Program-made: the position numbers and the translations under genes
Origin: an uncultured Acidimicrobiales bacterium
GTDB taxonomy: Bacteria > Actinomycetota > Acidimicrobiia > Acidimicrobiales > VFJN01
Direction: 5' to 3'
Assembly (NCBI GenBank): GCA_963739835.1
Contig: CAVUBW010000006.1
Location: 75,790 to 139,789, forward strand
DNA length: 64,000 nt
Notes under the pieces: model-generated
What the model was told of the DNA's origin: nothing
What the model saw: only the letters and a program-made list of their open reading frames with translations
Databases searched by the model: none
Shown: positions 28,284 through 37,909 of the stretch, in pieces
Position numbering within the stretch: the stretch's first letter is position 1
How the letters are laid out: each line of letters starts with the position of its first letter

Positions 28284-29257
28284 GTGCGCCACCGAGCTGC
28301 TCGACCGCCGGCTGCTGTTCGTCACCGGCAAGGGCGGCGTCGGCAAGACGCACGCGTCGCCGCCGCGCCTCGGCCTGCTCGCCGCCGGCGCGGGGCAAGC
28401 GCACGCTGCGTCGTGCGAGGTCGACGCCAAGGGCAACCTCGCCGACGTCGTTCGAGACCGGCCCGCTCGGCTTCGAGCCGCGGCGAGGTCGCGCCCGGGC
28501 TGTTCGCGATGGCGATGAACACCGAGGACGTCGCTGCGCGAGTACCTGAGGCTGCACGCTGCGGCTCCCGCTGCTCGGCGCGCATCGGCCCGCTCGCCCG
28601 GACGTTCGACTTCGTCGCCAACGCCGCGCCCGGGCGTCAAGGAGATCCTCACCGTCGGCAAGCTCTGCTGCGAGGTGCGCGAGCGCCACTACGACCTCGT
28701 CGTCGTCGACGCCGCGGCGACCGGCCACATCGTCGGCCAGCTCGCCGCCCCGCAGGCGATCAACGAGCTCGTGCAGGTCGGGCCGGTCCGCGACCAGACC
28801 GCGTGGATGCTCGACATCCTCGCCGACCCGGCCCAGCACCGGCGTCGTCATCGTGACCACGCCCGAGGAGATGCCGGTCACCGAGACGCATCGAGCTGGT
28901 CGCCCGGCTGCGCGACCGAGACCGACGTCGCCGCTCGCCGCGGTCGTCGTCAACCGGGTGCTGCCCGAGCTGTTCAGCCGCGGCGAGGAGGAGGTGTTCG
29001 AGCGCGCTGCGCGAGCCGGAGCCCGCGGCCGCGCTCGCCGGCGGCGGTCGGCGGCCGCCGTCGGCGCCGGTGCTCGACGCCGCCGAGCTCGCGGTCGACG
29101 CTGCGCCGCACCCGGGCCGCGCACCTCGCCCGGCTGCGCGCCGGCCTCGGCGGGCGTCGCCGCTGCTCTACGTGCCGTACCTGTTCGCCGCGGACCCACG
29201 GCCTGCGGGCGACGGCCGCAGGTCGCCGAGGCGCTCGGCGCGGAGCTGGGGTACTGA
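28284..29257 (+). CDS. ArsA/Get3-like P-loop ATPase 1, heavily frame-disrupted
   Basis: Fragments: LLDRRLLFVTGKGGVGKT, CEVDAKGNLAD, LREYLRL, GVKEILTVGKLCCEVRERHYDLVVVDAAATGHIVGQLAAPQAINELVQVGPVRDQTAWMLDILADPA, TTPEEMPVTET, AAVVVNRVLPELFSRGEEEVFE, QVAEALGAELGY*. Confidence 0.8.
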
Positions 29258-30500
29258 TGCGCCGACCGCCGGTCGGCCCGCGCCCAGGTCGGCTCGCTCG
29301 AGCCGCTGCTCGCGGCCAAGGAGATCGTGGTCTTCTGCGGCTCGGGCGGCGTCGGCAAGACGACGACCGCGGCGGCCGCCGGCGGCGATGGCGGCCGCCC
29401 ACCTCGGCGGCAAGGTGCTCGTGCTCACCATCGACCCGGCCCGGCGCCTCGCCGACGCGCTCGGCCTCGAGCGGTTCGGCAACGTCGAGACGCCAGGTGC
29501 CGCCCGAGCTGTTCGCCGCGGCCGGGGTCGAGCCCCGCGGCGAGCTGTGGGCGGCGATGCTCGACACCAAGCAGTCGTGGGACGACCTGGTGCCGCCGCC
29601 ACGCGCCCGACGCCGCGACCCGCGACGCGCATCCTCGACAACCCGCTGTACCACAACATCACCGGCCGGTTCGTGCAGAGCCACGACTACATCGCGATGG
29701 AGCGGCTCTACGAGATCCACGCGTCGCGGCCGCTACGACCTGATCGTCGTCGACACGCCGCCGACCCGCAACGCGATCGACTTCCTCGAGGCGCCCGCGC
29801 GCATGGCCGACTTCTTCGGCGGCCGGCTGCTGCGCTGGCTCACCGTGCCGTACCGCGTCGCGGCTGTTCAACGCTGGCGTCGCAAGCCCTTCTACCAGAT
29901 GGCCGACCGCATCCTCGGCTCGCAGTTCCTGCAGGACATCGCCGAGTTCTTCCTGCTACTTCCAGACGATGTACGACGGCTTCGTCGAGCGGGCCCGAGG
30001 CGGTCGAGCCGCACGCTCGCACGACCGGCGCACGACGTTCGTGGTCGTCACCACGCTCGAGGCCGCGCCGCTGCGCGAGGCCGAGTTCTTCTGCGAGGCG
30101 CTGCGCGAGCGCGAGCTTCCACCTCGGCGCGCTCGTGCTCAACAAGGTGCTGCCCGACTGGCTTCGGCGCCCGGGACGCCGCGCCGGGCCGCGCAGCGCG
30201 CTCGGCGCGAGGCGGCCGGGCGTCGCGGCGGCGGTGGTCGAGGCCGACCGGGCGTCGGCGACGAGGCCCAGGTCGCCCGGGTGCTGCGCGCGGTGGCCGA
30301 GAGCTTCCTCAACTTCGCAGGTCGTCGCGACCCGCGAGGCCGAGCTGCGCGCCGAGCTCGGCCGCCTGGCCCCGACGTCGTCGTGACGCGTGCCGTGCCT
30401 CGACGCACGACATCGCACGACCTCGCCGGCCTGCTCGCGCGCTCGGCGAGCGCACTCTGGCGCCGAGCGCGCCGATCGCCGCGCGGGACCGCTGCCGACT
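29257..30500 (+). CDS. ArsA/Get3-like P-loop ATPase 2, heavily frame-disrupted (3' end approximate)
   Basis: The ATG overlaps the upstream stop (TGATG). Fragments: EIVVFCGSGGVGKTTTAAA, GGKVLVLTIDPARRLADALGLERFGNVE, ELWAAMLDTKQSWDDLV, ILDNPLYHNITGRFVQSHDYIAMERLYEIHAS, RYDLIVVDTPPTRNAIDFLEAPARMADFFGGRLLRWLTVPYR, TTFVVVTTLEAAPLREAEFFCEALRERE. Confidence 0.8.
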
Positions 30501-30507
30501 CGGGTCG

Positions 30508-32071
30508 ATGGCCACGCTCGCCGAGCTCGCCCGGCACGCACACCGCGCTCGATCGCGGCGACGTCGCGCCACCTCGCAGCGCCTCGTCGCGCGCTGGCGG
30601 CTGCTCGCCGACCTCTGCTTCGCCGACCTGCTGCTGCTCGCGCCGGTCGCGGGCGAGGACGGGCAGCCGCTTCGTCGTGCTCGCCCAGGTCCGCCCGACC
30701 ACCGGCCAGACGCTCTACCCGGCCGACTCGTGGGCACGCGTGCGTCGACGAGGTGGAGCGGCCGCTGCGTCGCCCGGGCGTGCGCGCACGGGCGAGATCG
30801 TCGAGGGCGACGATCGACGGTGCTCGGCGTCGAGCGAGCGGGCGCGCGTGCAGTGCATCCCGGTGCGGCTGCGACGGCGAGGTCGTCGCGCGTGCTCACC
30901 CGCGAGTCGCGCGCCGACGCTCGGGCCGCCAGCCCGGGCGAGCTCGAGCGCACCTACCGTCGACGTCTTCGACCGCTTCGCCCGCATGATCGCCGAGGGC
31001 ACGTTCCCGTTCGGCCGCGACGAGGTCGAGATCGAGGAGGCGCCCCGCGGTCGGCGACGGCGTGATCGTCTCGACGCCGAGCGCCGGGTGCGCGTTCGCG
31101 TCGCCCGAACGCGGTGTCGCGCGCTGCACCGGCATGGGCATCCACGCCAACGCCGAGGGCCTGCGCCTCGGCCGAGCTCGGGCTTCGACGACGAGCGTCG
31201 GTGCGCGACGGCCTTCGCGCTCGGCGTGCCCGGTCGACCGAGGAGATCGAGCGGCGGCCCGAGATCACCGTGCTCATGCGGCTGCATCCCGCTGCTCGAC
31301 CGACGGCGCGGTCACCGGCGGCGCTGCGTGCTGCTGCGCGACGTCACCGACCTGCGCCGCCGCGACCGCCTGCTGCTGTCGAAGGACGCCACGATCCGCG
31401 AGATCCACCACCGGGTGAAGAACAACCTGCAGACGATCTCGTCGCTGCTGCGGCTCCAGGGCCGGCGGCTGCGATCGCCGGAGGCCAAGGCGGCGATCGA
31501 GGAGTCGGTGCGGCGCATCCGCTCGATCGCGCTCGTGCACGAGACGCTGTCGCGCGAGGCGGGCGACGACGTGCCGTTCGTCGAGATCGTGCGCCCGCTC
31601 GTGCGCATGGTCGAGGAGGGCCTGCAGTCGCCCGACCGCCCGGTCGCGCTTCACGGTCGAGGGCGACGGCGGGCGAGCTGCCCGGCGACGGTCGCGACGC
31701 CGCTCGCGGTCGTGCTCAACGAGCTGCTGCAGAACGCCGTCGACCACGCCTTCCCGCCGGCGACGGCCGCACGGCGACCGGGCCGGGTGCGCGGTGCGAG
31801 CTGGCCGACGACGGGTCGACGCTCGCGCGTCGACGTCGTCGACGACGGCGTCGGGCCTGCCCGCCGGGCTTCTCGCTCGAGCGAGTCGACCGGGCTCGGC
31901 CTGTCGATCGTGCAGACGCTGGTGACCACCGAGCTCGGCGGCGACGATCGAGATCCAGCCCGGCGACGGCGGCCGAGGACCGTCCCGGCACCGTCGTCGA
32001 CGCTGCGGGTGCCGCTCGACCGAGCCGACGCGACGACGGCCTCGCCGTGGCGAGGCCGGAGTCCGCGGTGA
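30508..32071 (+). CDS. pdtaS: PdtaS-type sensor histidine kinase (GAF/PAS plus HisKA_2), heavily frame-disrupted
   Basis: MATLAELARH...LQRLVARWRLLADLCFADLLLLAPV matches the PdtaS N-terminus. DRFARMIAEGTFPFGRDEVEIEEAPR and LLLSKDATIREIHHRVKNNLQTISSLLRLQGRRLRSPEAKAAIEESVRRIRSIALVHETL form the HisKA_2 H-box. PLAVVLNELLQNAVDHAF and STGLGLSIVQTLVTTELGG follow. Confidence 0.85.
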
Positions 32072-32087
32072 CGTGGGCGGACGGGCG

Positions 32088-32398
32088 TCAGGCGGCGCGG
32101 CGGCTGCGCGGCGACCCACTGGCGGCGCAGCTTGCGGCGCTCCTCCTCGGAGGTGCCGCCCCAGATGCCGCGAGTCCTGGTTGGTGCTCGAGGGCGAACT
32201 CGAGGCACGCGCTGCTGCACGTCGCACGTCGCGGCAGACGGCCTTGGCGGTCTCGATCTGCTCGAGCGCCGGGCCGGTGGTCCCGACCGGGAAGAACAGG
32301 TCGGGATCGGTGTCACGACAGGCGGCGTCATCTCGCGCCAGTCGTCGTTCGTCCAGGGACAGGGACAGGGACAGACTGCGGCTCTGCGTCAGGGCCAC
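32088..32398 (-). CDS. whiB: WhiB-family Fe-S transcription factor (WhiB1-like by context), frame-disrupted
   Basis: GTG at 32398 preceded by GGAGG. AACRDTDPDLFFPVGTTGPALEQIETAKAVCR, then CDVQQ.., DSGIWGGTSEEERRKLRR, in shifting frames. The 3' end is inferred from a TGA at 32088-32090. Confidence 0.8.
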
Positions 32399-32420
32399 GG
32401 GACCTCCACGGCGGATTCGG

Positions 32421-32446
32421 GTCACCGATTTGTGACGAGTTTCACA
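32421..32446. promoter_or_regulatory. Tandem, overlapping CRP/FNR-type palindromes upstream of whiB
   Basis: TGTGA-CGAGTT-TCACA (32431-32446) is a perfect TGTGA-N6-TCACA. It shares its left half with GTCAC-CGATTT-GTGAC (32421-32436). The sites lie 23-48 nt upstream of the whiB GTG. Confidence 0.65.
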
Positions 32447-32554
32447 TGCCACCGCGGTACGCTGAGGTGAAGCGTGTGGCTGCGACGGATCAAAGATAGC
32501 GGGACTCGACCTGTTGGGCAAGGACTTTTGTCCGCGTCGAAAGGCACAGACTTC

Positions 32555-33275
32555 GTGTCACTCGTGATCGGCCACCGGGGCGCCCCGCTGGTCGCGCCGG
32601 AGAACACGGTCGGCGTCGTTCCGGGCGGCCGCCGAGCATGGGCGCCGACGGCGTCGAGCTCGACGTCCGCCGCACCGCCGACGGCCGGCTGGCCGTCGTG
32701 CACGACGCCCACCTGCCCGACGGGCGGGCCGTCGTCGAGACCGCCTGGTCCGCGATGCCGCCCGGGACGGCCGACCTCGACGCCGTCCTCGACGCCTGCG
32801 CCGGGCTGGCGCTGGTCAACGTCGAGATCAAGAACTGGCCCGACGACGTCGACTTCGATCCGTCGTTCGCGCACGTCGACGCGGTCGTGGCGGCCCTCGC
32901 CGGCCGCCCGGCGGAGGAGCGGTCCCGGTTCGTCGTGTCGTGCTTCCACCTGCCCTCGGTCGACCGGGTGCGCGAGCTGGCGCCCGACCTGGTCACGGCG
33001 TGGCTGGTGATCGGCCCGCCCGGCGACGCGGAGGCCGGGCAGATGGTGGCGGAGGTCGTCGCACACGGCCACCAGGCGCTGCACCCCCACCACGCCTGTC
33101 GTGACGCCGGCGCTGGTCGAGCGCGCCCACGCGGACGGAGGTGGCGGTCAACCCGTGGACCTGCGACGACCCCGACCGCATCCGCTGGCTGGCCGACACG
33201 GGCGTCGACGCCATCGTGACCAACGTCCCCGACGTCGCGCTCGCCGCCCTGGGGCGGGCGGCCCCCGGCGCCTAG
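32555..33275 (+). CDS. Glycerophosphodiester phosphodiesterase, frame-disrupted about 4 times
   Basis: VSLVIGHRGAPLVAPENTV, GADGVELDVRRTADGRLAVVHD, LVNVEIKNWPDD, VSCFHLPSVDRVRELAPDLVTAWL, AVNPWTCDDPDRIRWLADTGVDAIVTNVPD. Confidence 0.82.
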
Positions 33276-34187
33276 GGGAGGACCAGGTCCAGCACCTCGG
33301 GCTCGTGGCGGAACTCCAGCGTCTCGGCGTCGCCGAGGTGGTCGCCGTCGACCTGGTAGGGGATCGGGCCGTACGCCCGCACGGTCAGGGCGGCCACGTC
33401 GGTCCGGCGGTCGACCCAGCGGCTGCGCCGCAGCGCCCGGCCGCCGGCCAGCGCCGAGCCGATCACCCGCAGGAACGGGGCGAACGCCATGGTCCGCACG
33501 GTGAGCACCGTGAGACCCCGGTCGAGCGCGGCCTCGGGAGCCAGGTTGAGGGGGCGGTTGCCCAGGTAGGTGTAGGGGTTGGTGTTGAGGACGATGGTGA
33601 GGTAGCCGTCGTCGACGACCGTGCCGTCGGCGTGGTGCACGGCGAACCGGGGCCGGCTGCGGTCGTAGTGGCGGAACCAGGTGTCGAACCCGGCGTAGAC
33701 GAACAGCGGGTGGCCGGCGTAGCGCTTCAGCCCCGAGTGCCGCTCGACCTGCTCGACCACCGCGGCGTCGAAGCCGACGCCCGGTGTGGAACAGGAAGTA
33801 GCGGCCGTTGACCGACCCGAGCCCGACCCGCTCGATCGACCGCCGGGCCAGGGCGTCGAGCAGGACGCCGGTCGCCTCGATCGGGTCGTTGGGCAGGCCG
33901 ATCGTCCGGGCGAACACGTTGGTCGAGCCGCCGGGCAGGGCCGCGAGCGCCGTGTCCGTGCCGGCCAGGCCGTTGGCGGCCTCGTTCAGCGTGCCGTCGC
34001 CCCCGAGCACCACCACGACGTCCGTCCCCGACGCGGCCGCGCCCTGGGCCAGGCGGGTGGCATGGCCCCGGCGGCTGGTCTCGGACACGGTGACATCGTG
34101 GTCGGCGGCCAGCGCCTTGCCGATCACGACCCGGCTCCGGGGCGTCACCGACGAGGCCTGGGAATTGACCAGGAGCAGCACCTTCAC
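33272..34187 (-). CDS. Diacylglycerol/lipid kinase family protein (YegS/DagK-like), one +1 insertion near 33785
   Basis: VKVLLLVNSQASS...DVVVVLGGDGTLNEAANGL...ALAALPGGSTNVFARTIGLP...GRYFLFHTG | VGFDAAVVEQVER... continues in ORF 33272..33760. Confidence 0.82.
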
Positions 34188-34249
34188 AGCGGCCGGCAAC
34201 CTACTGCCAGTTTGTTTGACTCCGCAGGGTGGGGGCAGCATGGCGATCC

Positions 34250-35027
34250 ATGAACGTGGTCGTGTGCGTGAAGCAGATCCCGGACCCGGCGGATCCGGGG
34301 AAGCTCGAGGCCGACAACACCCTTGATCGCAGCGGCAAGGCGATCCTGGACGAGTCGGACAGCTACGGCGTCGAGATGGCGCTGCAGCTCGCGGATGCCT
34401 CCGGGGGCGGCGAGGTGACCCTCGTGTCGATGGCGCCGGGCAACGAGATGGCCGGCCTGCGCACCGCGCTGGCCATGGGCGCCGCGAAGGCGATCCTCGT
34501 GTCGGACGACGCCCTGTCGGGCGCCGGGGCACTCGACACCGCCAAGGTCCTGGCCGCGGCCATCAAGCGGGCCGAGCCCGACCTGATCCTCGCCGCCACC
34601 GAGTCGAGCGACGGCTACACGGGCACCGTCCCCGAGCAGATCGCCGCGCTGCTCGACCTGCCGTCGATCACGTTCGCCAAGCACGTCGAGATCGACGGCG
34701 AGACGGTCAAGGTCCAGCGCCAGACCGAGCTGGGCTACGACGAGGTCGAGACGACCCTGCCGGCCGCTCGTGTCGGTGACGGCCGGCGTGGTCGAGCCCC
34801 GGTATCCCAGCTTCAAGGGGATCATGGCGGCCAAGTCCAAGCCGGTCGACCAGCTCACCCTGTCCGACCTGGGCATCGACGCCGCGACCGTGGGCGCCGC
34901 CGGCGCCGGCATGGAGACGGTGTCGGTCGACGACGCGCCCGCCCGCGAGGCCGGCGAGATCGTCGAGGACGACGGCGAGGGCTACGCCAAGATCGTCGCC
35001 TACCTCGAGAACCTCAAGCTCATCTGA
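34250..35027 (+). CDS. etfB: Electron transfer flavoprotein beta subunit, one +1 insertion near 34765
   Basis: MNVVVCVKQIPDPADPGKLEADNTLDRSGKAILDESDSYGVEMALQL... then SVTAGVVEPRYPSFKGIMAAKSKPVDQLTLSDLG in ORF 34770. Confidence 0.9.
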
Positions 35028-35065
35028 GCGACCCGGACGAATCGGACACAGGAGACACCGAACCC

Positions 35066-36026
35066 ATGGCTCTGAACCGCATCTGGGTCTACGCCGAGGC
35101 CGCCGACGGCAAGGTCGCCCCGATCACGCTGGAGATGCTCGCCAAGGCCCGCGAGCTGGGCGGCACCGTCGAGACCGTCTACGGCGACGGGGACGGCGAC
35201 GCCATCGCCGAGGTCCTCGGCGCCCACGGCGCCACCAAGATCTACGCCACCGGCGACCTCCAGGGCTCGACCCCCGGGGTGCCGGTCGCGTCGGCGCTGG
35301 CCAAGCTGATCGAGGGGGGCGAGGCGCCGGACCTCATCCTCTTCGGCACCACGTATGAGGGCCGGGACGTGGCCGCACGCCTGTCGGTGGCGCTCGACCG
35401 GCCGGTGGTCACCAACAACACCGACGTCGACGTCGACGGCGACGCCGTCGTGGTCACCGAGCCGATCTTCGGCGGCACCAAGCTGGTGCGCACGAAGATC
35501 ACGGCTGCGGGCCCCCACCTCGTGCTCGTCCGGCCCAAGTCGTTCGCCGCGGAGGAGTCCGGCGGCGGCCGCCGCCGAGATCGTGACGATCGAGGTGCCC
35601 GACTACGGCAAGGTCAAGGTGTCCGACCGCCACGTCGAGGAGTCCTCGGGGCCGAAGCTGGACGAGGCGGCGGTGGTCGTCTCCGGCGGCCGGGGCCTGG
35701 GCGAGGCCGGCAAGTACCAGATGATCGAGGACCTGGCCAAGCTGCTCAAGGGCGCCCCCGGTGCGTCGCGGGCCATCGTGGACGCCGGCTGGGTGCCCTA
35801 CAACCACCAGGTCGGCCAGACCGGCAAGGTGGTCAAGCCCAACGTGTACATCGCCGCGGGCATCTCGGGCGCGACCCAGCACCTGGTCGGCATGAAGGGC
35901 AGCAAGAACATCATCGCCATCAACAAGGACCCGGAGGCCCCGATCTTCGGGGTCGCCGACCTGGGCATCATCGGCGACGTCCACAAGGTCCTCCCCAAGC
36001 TCCTGGAAGCCCTCCAGGGCCGGTAG
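35066..36026 (+). CDS. etfA: Electron transfer flavoprotein alpha subunit, one +1 insertion near 35570
   Basis: [31 protein letters not shown]... then [75 protein letters not shown] in ORF 35355. Confidence 0.9.
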
Positions 36027-36038
36027 CCCCAGAATCAT

Positions 36039-36089
36039 CGTTCTGGTCTGCTAAGTGGTTGATAGGCAACCACTTAGCAGACCAGAACG
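36039..36089 (+). terminator. Perfect 23-bp stem / 5-nt loop hairpin 13 nt after the etfA stop
   Basis: CGTTCTGGTCTGCTAAGTGGTTG-ATAGG-CAACCACTTAGCAGACCAGAACG. There is no clear U-tract (it is followed by TAAAATG). It is noticeably less GC-rich than its surroundings. Confidence 0.5.
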
Positions 36090-36123
36090 TAAAATGTCAT
36101 AGGGTGCTGCTTAGCTCGCCCGC

Positions 36124-37089
36124 ATGGAACGCCTCCGCGACATGCGACCGATCGTTGCCGCCTCCTCCCGGCAGCTCGGCCTGGTCACGACCGCCCAGCT
36201 CGCCGAGCTGGGCATCAGCCGCCAGGGCGTGCGCACTCTGGCATCCCGTGGTGCGCTCGAGCGGCTCGGCGGCCACGTGTGGCGCCTGCCCGGCCAGCCA
36301 CCGACACACCAGCAGCGGCTGCTTGCCGCCGTCCTCGGCTCGGGGCCCGGAGCCGTCGTGTCCCACATGGCCGCGTGCGCCTGGTGGCGGTTCGCCGGCA
36401 TCCAGGCCGGCGCCGTCGAGGTCAGCGTCGAGCGGCCGGTCCAACGCTGCGATGTCGCCGGGATCGTGCATCGGGTGCGCGACCTGGCCGACGTCGACGT
36501 CGATCGGCGGGGTGTCGTGCCCGTGACCACGCCGAGCCGGTCGTTGATCGACGCTGCGCCGCGCATGACCCCGGTCCAGATCGCCGACGTGCTCGACGCC
36601 GCCGCCCGCGACGGCACCATCGACCTGGCGCACCTGCGCTGGCGGCTCGACGAGCTCCGGCGGCGGGGGCGGCCGGGGATCCGGCGGGTGATCGCCGCCC
36701 TGCCGCCCGAGCATCTGCCGCGGCCCCGGGAGGAGAGCTGGCTCGAACGCCGGCTCACCCGGCTCATCGCCGGCGCGGGGCTGCCGCGCCCCCGATGCCA
36801 GGTGCCGCTGCGCCACAGCGGCGGCACGGCGCGCGTGGACATGTACTACGAGCACGCCCGGCTGGTCGTCGAGACCGACGGGCACGGGTCGCACGCCACC
36901 CGGAGCGAGCGGCAGGCCGATGCCGAGCGCGACGCCCGGCTCGGCGCCGCCGGGTACCGGGTGCTGCGGTTCACCTACGACGACGTCGTCCGCCGGCCCG
37001 ACTACGTGCTCGGCATGATCCGCACCTACGTCGTGCCGGCCCCCGCCTCGGCGAAGGTGTCGCAGGCGGCCGGGTCGCCCGAGTCGTAG
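36124..37089 (+). CDS. AbiEi-like HTH / DUF559 (Vsr-fold endonuclease-like) domain protein
   Basis: 321 aa. N-terminus: SRQLGLVTTAQLAELGISRQGVRTLASRGALERL. C-terminus: VDMYYEHARLVVETDGHGSHATRSERQADAERDARLGAAGYRVLRFTYDDV (DUF559 signature). Intact. Confidence 0.8.
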   Translation: MERLRDMRPIVAASSRQLGLVTTAQLAELGISRQGVRTLASRGALERLGGHVWRLPGQPPTHQQRLLAAVLGSGPGAVVSHMAACAWWRFAGIQAGAVEVSVERPVQRCDVAGIVHRVRDLADVDVDRRGVVPVTTPSRSLIDAAPRMTPVQIADVLDAAARDGTIDLAHLRWRLDELRRRGRPGIRRVIAALPPEHLPRPREESWLERRLTRLIAGAGLPRPRCQVPLRHSGGTARVDMYYEHARLVVETDGHGSHATRSERQADAERDARLGAAGYRVLRFTYDDVVRRPDYVLGMIRTYVVPAPASAKVSQAAGSPES

Positions 37090-37904
37090 CCGCGGGTGAA
37101 CCATGTGCGCCGCTGCTCCGACGAGCCGTGCGTCCAGGTCTCGGGGTCGATGGCGACGCCGGCCTGGGACTGGATGCGGTCGTCGCCGACCGCCTCGGCC
37201 GCCGCCAGGCCCTCCTCGATGTCGCCGTCCTCCAGGGCGACGTCGCTGCCCTGCTCGTGGCCCCGCTGGTAGACCGAGTGCGCCCACACGCCGGCGTAGC
37301 AGTCGGCCTGCAGCTCCAGGGCGACCGACCAGCGGTTGGCCTCCTCCTCTGACCGGGCGGCCTGCTCACGGGCGTGGACCTCCGCGCTGGTCCCCTCCAG
37401 GTTCTGGACGTGGTGGCCGAGCTCGTGGGCGACGACGTAGGCCTGGGCGAAGTCACCCGGGGCGCCGAACCGGCTGGCCAGCTCGTCGAAGAACGCGAGG
37501 TCGAGGTACGCCGTGCTGTCCTCGGGGCAGTAGAAGGGCCCGACGGCGGATGTGGCCGCGCCACAGCCGGTGCTCACCTGGTCGTGGAAGCTGACGACCT
37601 CCGCGTACTGGTAGGTGCGGCCCTGTTGGGTGAACTCGTCGGCCCACACCGCCTGGATGTCCTCGGTGAGGAAGGCGACGAACTGGTCCTGCGCGGTCTC
37701 GGGCTCTGGGGCGCCGAGGTCCGACTCCAGGACGCGGCCGAGGTCGCCCGCCCCGCCAGACCCGCCGCCCCCGCCGCCCAGGAGCAGGCTGGCCAGCAGC
37801 ACCAGCACGCCGATGACGCCCCCGCCCGCGGTCACCGGGAGCGCCATGCCGCCCGCGCCGCCCCGTCGCTCGTAGTGGTCGCTGGAGGTCCGTTGCCATC
37901 GCAC
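37026..37904 (-). CDS. Neutral zinc metallopeptidase (YpfJ family)
   Basis: 292 aa with a TM/Gly-rich N-terminus, GPFYCPEDSTAYLDLAFF, AYVVAHELGHHVQN (HExxH), ALELQADCYAGVWA. It overlaps the convergent DUF559 gene by 64 nt. Confidence 0.85.
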   Translation of the reverse strand: MRWQRTSSDHYERRGGAGGMALPVTAGGGVIGVLVLLASLLLGGGGGGSGGAGDLGRVLESDLGAPEPETAQDQFVAFLTEDIQAVWADEFTQQGRTYQYAEVVSFHDQVSTGCGAATSAVGPFYCPEDSTAYLDLAFFDELASRFGAPGDFAQAYVVAHELGHHVQNLEGTSAEVHAREQAARSEEEANRWSVALELQADCYAGVWAHSVYQRGHEQGSDVALEDGDIEEGLAAAEAVGDDRIQSQAGVAIDPETWTHGSSEQRRTWFTRGYDSGDPAACDTFAEAGAGTT

Positions 37905-37909
37905 GGGCC

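Noticed and set aside
28675-32071. 796-aa and 700-aa ORFs (28675..31065 and 29969..32071) as single large proteins
   Set aside because: Each alternates between recognisable ArsA-like or PdtaS peptides and Arg-rich off-frame text. They are read-through artefacts of the insertion-riddled ATPase and kinase genes.
36039-36089. Hairpin as a tRNA, riboswitch or MITE
   Set aside because: A single perfect stem with a 5-nt loop has no cloverleaf or multi-stem architecture. There are no flanking direct repeats or a second copy in the window. It is kept only as a terminator or palindromic-element candidate.
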